This document shows, one piece after another, positions 26,270 through 40,625 of a DNA stretch of 64,000 nt. The stretch comes from Lama glama (taxonomy: Eukaryota), in the NCBI GenBank assembly GCA_028534125.1, contig CM052817.1, positions 87,422,001-87,486,000 of the forward strand, given 5' to 3'. Below the pieces are notes generated by a model, which was given only the letters and a program-made list of their open reading frames with translations, did no database searches and was not told the origin of the DNA. A program made the translations under genes and the position numbers. Positions within the stretch are counted from its first letter, which is position 1. Every line of letters begins with the position of its first letter.

Positions 26270-26570
26270 GCCCCTCACATGATCCAATAGCTCTGGTTTT
26301 CCCCAACTGGAGTGTGGTTCTTTAGGTCACAAAGATAGTGGGTTATCTTCAGAAATCTAGCCAGTCCTACAGTGATGACCTTAGCTAGCAGCTATGAAAG
26401 TTATCCCAAGCAGTTTCCTTTTTACAAGTACCTACTTTGGGTTGCTCTCCAATATCTTCAGGTATTTGGGTTTTGTGGTTTTTGTTTGTTTGCCCAGAAT
26501 TTATAGTTGTCACCAGCAGGAAGGTCCGTCCAATAGGAACTTCATACCCATATCAGGAGCAAACTCTACT
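26270..26570 (-). mobile_element. Old L1ME/HAL1-like 5' end fragment
   Basis: 'ccagaatttatagttgtcaccagcaggaagg...ccaataggaac' resembles the antisense 5' terminus of ancient L1/HAL1. Confidence 0.45.
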
Positions 26571-27217
26571 GCCGTCAAGCTTAATGCTAGCATTGGTATT
26601 TGACTCTAGCACAGCCCTAACTTCAGTTTCATGCTTTCTGTTGTTGTTTTTGTTTGTTAGCATTTTGACCTTGTTGGTTTTCTAGATTTTACAAACTCAT
26701 CAATATCATAATGCAGGTACTTCATTATATTTCCTATATCTAGATATATTCATCAGTAGATTTCATGAATGCCTTTTCTATTATTGTACTAGGCAAGAGA
26801 AGGCATTGTTTATTATCCATGTTAACATAGATATGTGTTTTCCCCCAATATATCTAACCTACTTATATCCCCTATGTCTTCTCAACATATTTTTAATGTC
26901 AACATTCTATATCAGAAAAAAAAATTCTATAGGAGACAGGAAATAAAGGGTTAGTTCTTACTCTGCTTCAAAAAATTATAAATATACTTGGTTGTTTGAG
27001 GAAAGAGAATTTAAGTTTTAAATTCTTTGTTGAGAAAAATTACAATTTCCAGTTACAAATCTGCTCAGAGATAAAGCAAATACATTATATAAATAAAAAA
27101 AGCAAAAGATTTGGGTGAATTTCAAAAAAATTGATCTTTATATTTCCCTTAATACAAGAATATCTATGCACTTTTACATTTGAGTGCAATAAAATTTTTT
27201 TTATCTAAATTAACTTA

Positions 27218-27486
27218 AAAGTTATCTGAGAAAAGCACAGATCAATGATGTACCTAATACTTTTGCTTATCTTCATGAAGATTCATTTGTCTTTACATGG
27301 AAGTATTTGCGGGCAATATAAATGTCTTAACTAGAAACCTCAAGGAGAGCCAAAGTTATCTGATGAAAGCACAGATCAATGATGGAGTTGAAAATTGTTC
27401 TGACTTCCCTAAGGAATTAATGAAATTTACATGAAAATATTTTAGGGCACCTTAAAAATAATAAACTAAGAATAACAAGAAAAGCC
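27218..27486. repeat. Diverged tandem duplication, two units of ~134-135 bp
   Basis: Units 27218-27351 and 27352-27486. Both start aaagttatctga..aaagcacagatcaatgatg, share tttacatg.aa.tattt..gggca and end caag.a.agcc. Confidence 0.85.
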
Positions 27487-27684
27487 ATTGACAAACTCAC
27501 AACTTTGAACTCTTGAGATGAGTATCCTGGTTCTTTTTTTTTTTTAACTTTATTCAGAAGAGTGAACATTTAAGGCAGTGCTCATTGTGAAGAGCATGAA
27601 ATCACTTAGGTTGAAGTTATAAAAAGGGTTACCTGAGTTTGTTCGCATTCAATTCTTAATAGAGCACGAATGGAAGAGTGAGTA

Positions 27685-27900
27685 GATTAGTAGAAAAGCC
27701 TCTGACGAATAAACAGACACATGGGCTCTGGGCTTGCAGTTCTCTCCCAATTTTTCACTTTGAACTTGCCATTTAACCTCTCTAAACCATCATTTTATTT
27801 TTAAAATTAGAACTAACAATATCTGTTCTGCCAAATGCACAGGGTGTTTATGACACCCTAATGAGGAAATGCATGTACATTACCAAAAGTTACAAAGAAT
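27685..27900 (+). mobile_element. MIR SINE
   Basis: Core 'catttaacctctctaaacc...taaaattagaactaacaatatct...cacagggtgtttatga'. Confidence 0.65.
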
Positions 27901-28439
27901 TAGATGAATAAAGATACAAGTTTGAAATATGTTTTTAGAACAGATAGAAATTAAAATTAAGCTTCGTTGTAGCTTAAGGCACTTAATGCAATGTTCTGTA
28001 CACATTATAGTTAATTATTCATTATTTGATCAAACAAAACAGAACTTGTATTGAACTTAAGAACCAAATTCTTCACTTGATGTGAATCCTTTAAACAATT
28101 ATATGTATATTTTTATTTTAAATTTATTTTATCTACAAATATTTTAACTGCTACTATAAGTAGACTCTATACTAAACTCAGGAAAAGTGAAAATGAATAA
28201 CTTCATGACCTCAGCAAACTCACAGGTTGTGGAAATTAAACACACAAGCTTATTCTGACTCATCATATTATGTCATAATTGCATAACATAAATGTGATGG
28301 AAAAACAGATGAGAAAAGTAGTAATTCTTTCAAAGAATGTTGTAAAGTGATTAATAGAAAAGACACTATTTGAACTGGTACTTAAATGAACAGGGGAATA
28401 AGTGACAACAGCCAAAATTTCATAATTATAGAGAACAAA

Positions 28440-28700
28440 TAGATAATACTTACTCTATACCAGACAACATTTTACGAGTTTTGTATTTACAAAGTGGCTT
28501 CATTCTCACAACATAAGAAGTCAGACTTAATTTTACCTAAAAAGTTAGTTTTAATCTTACCCTTTTAACAGAGGAGGTAGCTAAGCCTTATTAGGTCAGT
28601 TGGCTTTCCCAGCAGCACATGCCAAATTTGTAGCAGAGCTGGGATTCAAGCTGAAGCAATCTCTGACTACCATCCAAGTGCTTAACCTCTGTCTTCTACT
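28440..28700 (-). mobile_element. MIR SINE
   Basis: 'cattctcacaac...ttttaacagaggagg...tagcagagctgggattcaa...gtgcttaacc'. It appears to sit within a decayed antisense L2 starting ~28120. Confidence 0.75.
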
Positions 28701-30219
28701 GCCACATTTGAGCATGCTGACAATTTTCACAAGTTGAAACATGGGAGTAAGCATTCCACCTCGTGGAAACAGCATGAGCACAGGCACCAAGCAATCCAAG
28801 CACAAAGAGGGACACTTACGCTAGTGAGAAACAAACGGTGGAAGGCAGCCATGTAATACACGCCAACCATGTTCAGAGAAAGAACGAGCTAATTAAACCA
28901 ACATGACTGCTTCATTTTGATGTAGTCTGTCAGACAGGATTCATCTAAATCTCAGTTGCTTCAAGAAACATTTTATTATTATCATCATTGAGCAAGACTT
29001 CAATAGACATGTACTTTCCACAAAAACTGAAGTAACCCTATTTGGAAAAGTATTTACTTAACCTTCCCCACTGGTGAGAATGGAGGGAGTGAGGATTGAT
29101 ACTGTTGTGATAAGTTCAGGATGGTCAGTGTGAATCTTCTATTAATAGAGGAAAAGAAAATCCCCAGGCACAAAGTGCAAACAATAGCATAATTTTCAAA
29201 AGTGAAGGAAAATTATAACACATTATATATACATATATTTTATATGAGATGATTCTATCTAAAACCAATATTGTGGCATTTAATTCTTACACTTTAATAA
29301 GACATCAAAAATTATAAATCACATCTACAGTAACCAATGTGCTTTCACACTCTATGCTTAACAGCATTTTATATAAACAGATCAAGAAGAAAGGATTATA
29401 GATACTCAGTAGTCTCCACGGTTTTATAGTCAAGTTAATGATTTCAGGATCAAGTGAATAGTTATGAAATTTCACAGATTATTGAAAACTACAGTGGCAA
29501 TGAGACATTGATTAAACATACACATCTGGCTGGAAACTGAATTTCAGGTATAAAATAATAAACTATCAGTGTTCCAGTAAATCTTCAAAGATTATCTCCA
29601 TTTTCTAAAGTGCAGCTTCTAGGGATTGCAAATAATGTTTTTAAAAATAAAATATGAATTGCCTAATCATTGGAAACTGCCAAGGAATAGCTTGAATCTT
29701 GTAAACATTGAAACATCTCCAAAGATGACAAACTCATGCTTTCTTTCATTGTTTTCTGGGGACAATTTCAAGGTATTTGTAACTTAATTAATTTAATACA
29801 AAATGTTATATTAGTTTACTCATTCTATTCTTTTTCGAATATTAATGTAAAACTATATGGAAGCATCGAAACATGAGATTTTTTTATCTTCTAGTATGTC
29901 TTGGTTTAGTGAAACTGATAGTCAGATATTTGCAATGTAAAATAAGTGTTAATACAAGATTACAATGGTCGGTGGCATATACATAGACTTCAAGTTATTA
30001 ATCCTAACTCAACACAAGCAGGCTAAGACACATCTTCAGAGAAAGAAAATTTAGATATGTAGGCATGGCTTAACAATGAGAGACTTCCTATTACTTATTT
30101 TCCATGAATATAGTTTAGTGATGGACCCTTAAAGGGTTTAATAAGAGTGATGTGTCAGTTCACATTCATTTACTACTTTAAAGTTGGTTAATGACTTTAA
30201 AACACAAGGTGGTTGTGGA

Positions 30220-30365
30220 TACTCACAGTAGCTGTGTGAGGCAGGCAGGACCCATTAGTGCAGTTCAGGCTCACAGAGGATGAGACATTGCAAAAAGATG
30301 AGCAGCTGAAACGGGAACCCGGATTCTCTGATTCTTAATTTAAATCTTTTTACTCCACACATTGT
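30220..30365 (-). mobile_element. MIR-family fragment
   Basis: 'ctcacagtagctgtgtgaggcagg...aggctcacagagg...gaacccggattctctgattct'. Confidence 0.5.
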
Positions 30366-30769
30366 ATTTTCTTCCAGGTACAGCGTAGCTAATCAAATCA
30401 TCTGTGGAAAATGAGAGAAGCTGTTGTTTTTCATGTGTCTCTATCCAATGCGTAGTATCCTGCAAAAACTAGAAAAGAATACTATGGAAGTTTAGCAAAG
30501 TTATCCTAAATAACTATTACTCCTGCCTTGGATATTTGTTGCCTGAAGACTTCATTCACCCTTCAGGGGTGTCTCACCGCTCATGGTAAAGTTCTCGAGG
30601 TTAAAGTAAAAGAGAAAATATAAAGTCTCATTAATACTGGAAAAATTACACCATAGCGTCTCTAATGAGGCTCAGCAAAGCCCCCACAGTGTCCTTAGTG
30701 AATAAGAGGAATAACTGCTTGGTTCAAGGACAAGAGCAAATGCCTATAACACCCCATAAGTTACGTATG

Positions 30770-31045
30770 TTCTTATCCCTATTAGAACTGCCTGCATTTT
30801 TTTCAATTGATGGAGAACACAACACAACACCTGTTGCCTTCGTTTCCTTTTTTATCCTTACCATTTACCTTCCAACATACTACTTGCACATTTTGTAGCT
30901 TATACTATTTATTATATATTATCCCTGCCCAAATATAAGTCTCCAAGGGCCAGGCTTTTTGTCTGTTATTTTTTCCCCTTGTTGCATTCCCTGTACCTAG
31001 AGCAGTGCTTGATACATAGTATTTCTACATATTTATTTATGATAG
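30770..31045 (+). mobile_element. L2 3' end
   Basis: 'taagtctccaagggccaggc...tgcattccctgtacctagagcagtgcttgatacatagt'. Confidence 0.75.
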
Positions 31046-31094
31046 TATCATATTATTTGTAGTTATCATTTTATAGTTAATATAAATATTTATG

Positions 31095-32110
31095 TACAAA
31101 TATTTATTCTCAAATAAAAATGCTGAGTGTGGTGAACCATGACCTGTCTTCAAGGAGTTTATAATCTTGTGGGGAAAATATTCATATAACTAATTATTAT
31201 ATTTTTAACTATCAATGTCCATATTAACAGAGTAACACATTTTACTTCCTTTGGGGCATCAAGAAGGTCTCACAGAGGAAGTAAAACTTTTGCTGAGACT
31301 CCAAGGATTATTAATGTTAAAAGGACTGTTAATGTTAAAGGTTGAAGTGGTGGTTCAGGCCCAGGAAATGCCATATGTCAAAGTCTTGAAGCAGAAATAA
31401 GCTGGGTGTGATCAGGAATAAAATAAGTTTGGTGTGGTTCTCACCTAGAAGCATGGGAACAAGTAAATGGAAATATGACTTGATCTGGGAACCTGTCATG
31501 TAAAACTTTTTGGTTGTGATAGGTATCTTTATATTTGTTATAATGGAATTATAATTAAATACATATTAGCTTTATATGAAGCACAATGGAGAACAATGTG
31601 GTAATTTCAAGGAAGAGATGTGGTTATAATCAGATTTATGCTTTATAAGATTGTTCTTTGTAGTGGAAAGAAAAATGGATTAGTATAAGAGAAAAGTAGA
31701 CGCAAATAAAAGTTTTAGGTTATTTTAATAGTTTAGTATTTTAGAGTAAATAAATAGAGAGGGCTTGGCTGTGTTGCTGGCAGCAGGGATAGGATTGAGC
31801 AGATGCATTCATTCATTCATTCATTCACTCATTCAAAAAGTTGGTTTTTAAGTATCTGCTATTTTCTATGCATTCCAGACACTGAACAGTCAGAGGTAAA
31901 CAAGACCCTCATGGGGCTAGTAGTTTATTAGGGAAATCAGACATTTCAAAACACTAGTTGTTAAAAGCCTATAGAGAGAGGGACCTGCTTTTGATTGGGC
32001 TGTGAGAGTTGGCTTCTCAGGAAAGGTGACATTTTACTTCCAACCTGAAAATCAAGATGATTCTATCCAAGAAAGCAACAAGAAACAGAAAGTACTAGGT
32101 AGAGATGTGT
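31095..32110 (-). mobile_element. Two adjacent L2 fragments (the second begins with a (CATT)n tail at ~31806)
   Basis: 'caaatatttatt...tcaaggagtttataatc...cacagaggaagt' and 'cattcattcattcattcactcattcaa...ccctcatggggct'. Confidence 0.7.
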
Positions 32111-33404
32111 GTATATAGAAAAATAAAACAACTTTGCATGTGAAACATGAAAATGAAAGATTATTTTAATCAACTTATTCAAATACACACACATAATTTT
32201 TTAACTAGAAAAATTTAAGGGCAAATAAATTTAAAAACTCAGACAAATATTTTTATAAGTTACTGACATTATTTTATTGGTCACAGTGCATCTTTGAACA
32301 TCTTTTATAATATAAACACATTGTCTTTACATTTTACTTCATTGTGGACTATACATACTAGACCATAAATATGTTTAGCAAAGTAACAGTACAATTTACC
32401 GGCTCAGACTGTATTCTCAGCCAACTGTTACATTGAAAAATGTAATTGAATATACTGGCTACTAATTCTGAACAAATTTCAATAGATTTTTGATCAGCTC
32501 CTATACATTGTTCTGTAAGTTCTAGCCTTTCACCTTGACAGCTCACAAAAGCAACTGCCACTAGGTTTAATTACTTTTTTCCCATCATGCAGAACATTTT
32601 CTTCAGGCAGATCAACCATAAAACACTCTATAATCTTTCTGAGGAAGAGCACTGAACTGGTAGAGTTTGAGATGCCATAATAGTGTTTTTTTCTTTATCT
32701 GGAGGTTATGTTGAATTCTGCAAAGAAACCTGAAGCTTTGTAATTCTTTTGCCCAGGAGACGGAATTGGGGGACAGTGGTGAACATATATGTATATTAAT
32801 TGTTCTATGCTAATGTCAAAGAGGACAGTTCAACACTGAAAGGAGTATCTGAGCTGAGTTTGATCTTAGCTCTTTTTATAGATTCTCATTGATCTGGTTC
32901 TGAAGCAATTACTTGACAAGGACATAGAAAATCATAAAGGAGAAGCTCAGCTAATGACAGTATAAAGACACTTCTGATAAGTGGTCAGAAATATGATCAA
33001 GGGCGATTTGGGTTGCTTTAATCACTCTGGATGGGTTTCTGAATTGCATTAATGATGGTCCCATTCGTGTGTTATTAAGCCTCATTTTATACAGGCAAGT
33101 GCATGCCAAGAATGTAATGGCATTTAAGCCCAAAATATTAAGAGTATAATGGCTATATTTTCTACTCCTATTTTCTATTATTTGTAACTGGCTACCAGCT
33201 TTAACATTCTCTAAATTTTGTATTCTTAATGCTTTTAGGAACAGCCTTAAACATATGAAATCTAAGAAACAAAACTCACATAAATTAATACTACTTTTCT
33301 TATGTTGATCAATCAAAATAGAATATATTAAAACCAATCATCATTCAATATGTAGCACTGTAATTTTGAATATCCTTAACCACAAAATCTTTCTTTATTG
33401 TTGC

Positions 33405-33810
33405 ATATTAGCCAGGATAATAATTCTTACCTGCTGCTAGAAACAGCCACAAGATCTTAGTTAATACAATAAAAGTATTTCTCATTTACATCTTAGTCCA
33501 ACACATTTAAGATGCATCTATAGTGCTATTCTCCCTCAAGAAGGATCCAGAGATCCAGGCTACCTACATCTTGAGGCTCCATCATCTCCTGTCTTTCTCA
33601 GAATTCTCCACTGCATCCTCTGCAGTCATCCAGGGAGCAATGACAGAAAGGAAAGAATGCATGATGGCCAAGTCTGTGAGGTAAACCTTCCTACCACAGT
33701 TCTTTGTCTAGGTCACACAGCAAGACAGAAATCACAAGAGGACTGCAGTTACGGGATATATGTCTCCCATATACCCGAAAAGAGGAAATGGATTAGTGAG
33801 AAATCACTCA
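33405..33810 (-). mobile_element. Degenerate MaLR LTR (MLT1I/J-like)
   Basis: 'gtatttctcatttacat...ccagagatccaggct...ggctccatcatct...aagaggaaatggattagtgag'. Confidence 0.55.
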
Positions 33811-33884
33811 ATCTATGTCACACATATTATCTCTTTAGGCAGCTTTTCCTCCTTTTTTTTTTAACCAAGAAAACTGGATCCCAG

Positions 33885-34420
33885 CTTATTTATTCACTCA
33901 AAAAATATTACAGTATGTCAAGCAAATACAGTTCTAAGCAATATGCCAAGTGCTAGGGAAATGACTGAATGTTGAAGAGGTCTCTTGCCCTCATGGAGCT
34001 TCTATTTTATTGGAGGAAGACAGTAAACATGGGACATAAAAAGTTATATAACTACAATAAGATTAACGCTCTGAAGGCGATAAGTAGGGTAAGGTAATAT
34101 TTTCAAGATTCTAGAGGGGATAATATTGATGGAGGAATCGCCAACAGAATCTTTTTCAATAAAGACCTCAAGTACAAACTGATGCTGTGAAAGGAGACCA
34201 GAGACAAACACTCCAGGAAAAGGGAAAAGCAAGCACAGAAGCCTCTAAACAAGAAGACCTTGATGTGGATAGGGTGCAAGAAACAGGTCAGTGTGGTAGA
34301 AACATAATGAGCAAGTATCAAAGAAGCAGGAGATCTGGATGGGTAGTCAGGGAAGAAACGGGTCATTCGGAGTCTTGTAGACCACGGAGAGGTTTTTGTT
34401 TCGTTCTAAATGTGACAGGA
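33885..34420 (-). mobile_element. L2 3' fragment
   Basis: 'ttatttattcactca...tatgccaagtgctaggg...ttgccctcatggagctt...cacagaagcctct'. Confidence 0.75.
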
Positions 34421-34919
34421 TCTCAGAGTCCTGGAGTCCAGTCTCACTGACCATACCTTTGGTATACAATATTAGTTTTGCCTCAGATATCAAGGGAAAA
34501 TTATTGCTCTTTCCACCTGGCAAAGTCTTTTTTTAAACTTCTTTTGCCCTGACAATATTTTTAAAGTATATTTGTTTATCATAATATGCATAATATTAAA
34601 AATGGATTTTAATTTTTTAGAAACAGAATGGCCTCATCTAATGCTTTCTCTTTTATAAGACAATCTGTAGTGCTCTATAGTTTCCAGAGAGAGGGCTGAA
34701 TTGAACTTTTAGGCCATCTGAAATCACACAGTGCTTTTTATATGTGAGAAGCCATTTCCTAATCTCTTATTAGAGGAGAAACATCTTACCAGCCTTTTCC
34801 CAAAATTTAGATTACACAATTACATATAAAATAAATATGTATATACTTCTATAGTATTACAGCCCTTCTTTCTACTCTGGGATTTTAAAATTTCACACCA
34901 CATGTGGATTTTCTCCCAT

Positions 34920-35401
34920 TTTGTTAATGTAATTGACATAAAGCTATATGTAAATTTAAGGTGTACAATGTGCTGATTTAATACACTCTTCTATTACAAA
35001 ATAGTTACTAGCAGCATTAGCTAATATCTGCTCCACCTCACCTAATTACTATTTCATTTTTGTGGTGACAACTTACAAGATGTATTTTCATAGCAACTTT
35101 GAAGTGTATAATACAATGTTGTGAGTCATAACTGCCTTGCTGTATATTGCCAGAATTTGTCCATCATATAACTAGAAGTTTATACTCTTTGATCAACATC
35201 TGCCCTTTCCCCCAATCCCCACGCTCCTGGTAATGACCATTCTACTCTCTGTTTCTATGAGTTTGGTTTTTTGAGATTCCACATATGAGTGATATCATGT
35301 AGTATTTATGTTTCTCTGTTTTACTTACTTCACTTAGTATAATGCCCCAAGGTCTATCCATGTTGTTGCAAATGGCAGGATGTCTCCTTCTTTAGCATGG
35401 C

Positions 35402-35442
<41 letters not shown>

Positions 35443-35985
35443 ATCACATTTTCTTTATCTATTCATCCATTGAAAGACACTTAGGTTGTTTCCATATCTT
35501 GGCTATTGTGAATAATGCTACCTTGAACATAGGAGTGTAGGTATCTCTTTGATCTGTCCTCATTTCCTTTGGATATATATCCAGAAGTGGAATTGCTGAA
35601 TCATATGGTAATTCTATTTTTAATTTTTTGAGGATCCTCCATACTGTTTTCCATAGTAGCTGCACAAATTTACATTCGTACCAACATTTACAAAAATTTC
35701 CTTTTCTCCACATCTTCACTGATACTTACCTCCTGTGTTTTTGATGATAGCCAACCTAACATGGGTGAGGTGCTAGCTTATTGTGGCTTTGATTTGCATT
35801 TCCCTGGTGAATAATGATGACGAGCACCTCTTCCTGCACCCGTTGGCCATTTCTATGTCTGCTTTGGAAAAATGTCTATTTGGGTCTTCTACTCATTTTT
35901 TAATTGGATTGTTTGTTTTTTGGCTATTGAGCTGTATGAGTTCTTTATTTATTTTGGATATTAATCCCTTATAAGATCTGTGATT
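34920..35985 (-). mobile_element. 5'-truncated L1: ORF2 C-terminal remnant plus 3' UTR, with internal (TG)n at ~35404-35440
   Basis: ORF 35459-35719(-) reads [31 protein letters not shown]...TPMF..ALFTIAKIWKQPKC, the L1 ORF2p C-terminus. A typical 3' UTR follows. Confidence 0.95.
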
Positions 35986-38539
35986 TTCAGCTCTGTAATA
36001 GTATTCATGAGAAAATTAAACCTTAGATACAGCATGTGATTCTAAACTTGAAAATTAGTATATCTTTTATTGTATAAGCCAACTAAATTTAAACTTCTAT
36101 TTTTCTATTCATTGGCACTTAAGATTGTAACAAAAATACATTCTTTCAGGTACAAAATAATGTATTCCTTTGAGTAGTCCTTAAGCTTTAAATTTTAATG
36201 TGTTATTTACCCTTGATTTAAATTTCAACTCACTTTCTGACTCTAATGAGATGCATACAAAAGACACCATCAATTTATATTAGAAATTCCCTAAATCACT
36301 TTACACTGATTCCCAAAATAAGTAAAATCAGCCTCCCAGAGACAAAATGCTAATATTTATTGATGGCTACTGTCAGGAAATTAGAAAACAATGCATTGCA
36401 ATTTTCATTTTAAAAATCACGGAAAGTAAAATGATGAGCATGCTGGTGTTATATTATTATATTATGCTAAAAAATTCCAAGAATATATTATTGGAACATT
36501 TTGTAAATACCACATTTTCAAAACAAATGCAGAAAAAGAATAACAAATTATCTGTAGAGAAAAATTATCTTAATATTTTTTTTCCTAAGCTTCATATTTA
36601 TTTAATACATAAGTAACAATCAGAATGTGTGGTAGGTAGTTCCTAAACAGAGATATTATTTAACATAATTTCCATAATTATTACTAAAAATATTTTACTA
36701 TCACCCTTTTTTATACTTGTATACATTGTTAAATATCTGTGCATATATTCATTTTTGAAGATTTTATTTTTCACTTTTGCTAGCTTATTCTATTAGATTT
36801 ATTCAAAACATAATTTATGGTCATTGAAATTTTATTAAAAATACTTTTTCACTGGTGATCATATAAAATAATTTTCAATTTCCAGGAAGTATTTACCCAT
36901 ATAAATTAAAATATATTTACTTACCAATTGATTTTTATGACTAAAAGTGGAAAGCTGTGAATGAAACAACAGATGGCTTTGAATTTATTCTTAAAGTAAC
37001 TCTGGTTTGATTTCTTAGTGAATTTTGAGGAAATGACTAAATGAAGGGCATAATCTTTCTTTTAATATTTTATAAAATATTTGAATCGATTCTGACATTT
37101 TTTGTGCTGTTTCTCTTCCAAGTGTGATTTGTTGCTTGTCTCAAAGAAATGTAACCACTTGGGTTGAAAATGATTTGATTTGAATAGAATGCATTAATAA
37201 TTTAAATGCAAGTATCCTTTCATTGAAACAAAATTTAAATAAAAATTAGAGAAATATGGCTTGGGGGATAATTACTGCCATATGAATGAAACTGAATAAA
37301 GAATGAGAGAAGGAATCTCTTTGTCAGTCTAACTCATAATTTTAGTACTGTATATTAGCATTCATTAGACTTAAGTTGCTAAATAGTCAGAGATGAATTG
37401 AAAGGATTTGTATTTTGTAAAATAATATCATTAAGTGACAACACACAATAAACACATAAAATGAATAGCTAAATTCCAGAAAATATGTTAGTGTCTTTTT
37501 TGGGATTCAGATATTAGAAAATTGAAAAATGCCTCTTCATAACTTTCTGCTTGTTTGTTTGAATAGAGTAGTGAACTGGTTTCCATCAAATAGGTAAATT
37601 GAAATGAGATATTTAATTAGGAGAACTGAAATAACAACAATATAGCAGAGCACTGATAGGGAAAAAAAAACCCCACTGAAAGTCATTTAAATGACATCTG
37701 GAATCTGTAAGTTAAAACAGAATATAAATCTGATTTCTATAGTTTTAATTATGAAAAACTACTAATAATTATAAACAATATGAATTAATACAAACAGTGC
37801 TTGTCACTAAGTCTGGGTCTGGGTTATATGATGGTAATCAATGATACCAGAATCTTCGTAATGTTAAACAAGTAATTTCTCAACCAATCTACATGTCTGT
37901 CACAAATTTTCAGATCTTTAGGGGATTTCTGCTTATCATAACCACACAGGACTCAAGGCTGATCCCAAAAGGGCTCCTGTGTTTGCCAGTTCCTGTACCA
38001 GGGGAAAGTAGAATGGAAAGATCCTCACACTTGCAAATAAATGTTTGACTTATACGTAACAAACAACCAGAACTAATTTCATCCCATCCCACCCATCTAG
38101 AGAGTAGCCAGAATGTATAAAGCTACTAAGTGTCCTTGAGCTTCAGAGCTGAAGTATTCCTTGAATCAGTACTAGCTACCACCATAACATGCTCCAAACT
38201 AGGTAGTCTTTAACACCAACCCACTCCTATATTACAATGTCATGTTAATACAAGTAAGTGGATATGCAATTCAGCACTCTTGAAATTATCCACTAGGTCA
38301 ACTGGACCATACCAGACAGATACTGGGTAGGAATCTGGTTGCAGAATTTAAAAACAGATCCAAGAAAAGGGCTCGGGTAAATGTACACATTTGTAATATA
38401 GGTATATGTAACTGAGAATTACTTAGAATATTGCTGTTTTACCAGTCCTTTCTAAACAGTTGATTTCAATACATAAGAATCCATTGAAAAAAAAAGTCAT
38501 ATGCTTGTTTTCCTGGGTGAGCTGAACTGGGAATGCAGC

Positions 38540-38880
38540 AACTGTGGCAGTGTATGGCTTATATGTCCTTTTTTTAGAATATGTCACAGAATTAACTTCT
38601 GAGGAAAGATCAAGGGGAAATTAACCCAACAACCTGCTTATCCTCCATTGGTTAACAGTTGCCAGGGATGTGTTAATGCCATGCACTTTTAGGTTTGCCT
38701 TCCCATGGGTGCTGAAGCAGGTTCCCAAAGTCTGTCTATGAGAGAAGCCCTGGGCAGAAAGTCAAACATAAAGCAGTATTTTTGAAGGGATCTCCAATTA
38801 AATTACAAATGTTCCAAGCTGATATTCTCAAAAGTTATTCATACAGAAGGTGATCTAAGATGATTTGAGGCACGTCACAT
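38540..38880. mobile_element. Probable ancient ERVL LTR fragment
   Basis: 'cctccattggttaacagttgcc...gttaat...gagagaagccctgggcagaaag' resembles LTR16/LTR33-type sequence. Confidence 0.4.
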
Positions 38881-39710
38881 GATGTGACTGGTTAAGGACC
38901 ATTATTACTGTTAGATTTTGTATGCCAGACATTCTGCTCCCTCACTATTCCTTCAGTTTTTCTAATATGAGTTTCTTCCAGTATATGTTTTAAAACGAGA
39001 CACCATACCACATTTATTTAGAACTGTCCATTTAAATATTGCTTCTCTTTTTTTATATTCCCACTTTCTAAACCTATTTTCTGCCTTTGCTTTCATTAAT
39101 GCTCTTCTTGGAACTTCTGGATACCATCTCCCCATTAGATGCTGCTTTTTCAGTGCGAGTAAGGAGGTTGAGGTAGAACAAGCTGGACTTTCCTGGCTTT
39201 CTGTCTTTATTCTCCGCAATGCTAACAGGCAATTGCATCAAACTTAACTGAGTGATTGGGGATAATTAAAACAAAACAAAACAACAAGAAAAAACAACTG
39301 CAATATAGGAGTGGAATATTTATAGCTGTGAGCTAAGTATAACATTTTTCAAATCTAGGGGAAAAAATCACCCAGATACTTTAATAGTTTGCCATTGCCA
39401 GGTTATCACACTCTTCTTACCCTAGGTCTCTCTTTCCCAAACTCTACTTATTCTAATCACTGTCTTTCAAATTTTCACCTACCAGTGGTGATACCGATGT
39501 TGCCCCAATATCTGATCTTCTAATATATATAATTTTCATATATGCAATACACAAATATACTTAATTAGCACATTACCCTAAATTTGACACATACAGCTTT
39601 GAATACTATCCCAGAAACCTTCAGTGATGGACACTGACACACCATATATATTTAGGAGGCATAGGACCTCCAAGTCTGAGGTCCTTGAAGATACTTGTAA
39701 CTATGAGAAA

Positions 39711-39733
39711 CACACACACACACACACACACAC
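39711..39733. repeat. (CA)n microsatellite
   Basis: Seen directly. Confidence 0.95.
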
Positions 39734-40249
39734 TCTGAAGCTCTGGAGCTTCCACTGGGGACTATATAATCAAAATTCATAAAAGATAAATATTTTCCTA
39801 TCTGACTGATAATTTATAAGGTTCTTCTTTGTTGATAAGTTCTTTTTCAATTATTAGTTTACTTTTTTTTTTCCTTCATTACATGTTTTCAAATCATGCA
39901 CCAGTTGGTCTGCTCTAAAGGATGTAGAGGACTACTGTGCAGGTAAAAGTAATAATTTCTACTCAGCCATATTAAGACTTGGCCAAAGACTAAATCTTAC
40001 TTCCAGTTAAGCATTTTAACAAATTCTTTGCTGAGTTTCCTTAGCCTGCTCAACTTATGAAAAGGAAGGATATTTTCTGGTTATATCATATTTTTTCACT
40101 TAAATACTTTAATAATTGTTCTATATATTGTTGCACTTAGAATGCATACAAGCTCCACATGGTAAGCTAAATGCCCTACAATGTAATGTCTATTCACATT
40201 TGCAGCACCATCTGGTAGCAGGCTGCCCTAACTCAACGCTCATCCAGTC

Positions 40250-40625
40250 TAATGAACTTTCTGAGTCTTAAACTCTGGCTTGTGCGACCCCTGGGTGTTT
40301 AAAAGTGCTTACCCTCCTGCCTGCAAGGTTTTTGTACCAGATTTTGCATGTTTTCTCCCTAGAGAAGCATTAGCTTAAATGTTGCCCCTCAGGGAGCCCT
40401 ACCCTAGACACTAAGCAAAAGCACTGATTCCCCACTCCCCTTCCCCAGTATCAGTACTCTCTTATTTCCTTCATGCAACTTTACTACTACCTAACATATT
40501 ATTATTACTATTATTCAATGGTTTGATTTAAATCATCTCTCTCCTGCTGCTACAGTGTAATTACCCTTAGCACAAATGTTGCCTCCTTCTTGTCTGGCAT
40601 GGAATAAATATTTATTGAATAATAA
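40250..40625 (+). mobile_element. L2 3' end
   Basis: 'gcttaaatgttgcccctcagggagccct...tgtctggcatggaataaatatttattgaat'. Confidence 0.7.

Noticed and set aside
32951..33337. Longest ORF in the track (128 aa)
   Set aside because: Non-ATG start, AT-biased composition and no recognisable domain; the length is plausible by chance in 64 kb.
35459..35719. 86-aa ORF with a recognisable protein sequence
   Set aside because: It is the L1 ORF2p C-terminal remnant in a truncated L1, not a host gene.
35783..35974. Hydrophobic ORF (also 56629-56922 and 97-402)
   Set aside because: These are antisense translations of L1 sequence, a common spurious membrane-protein-like signal.
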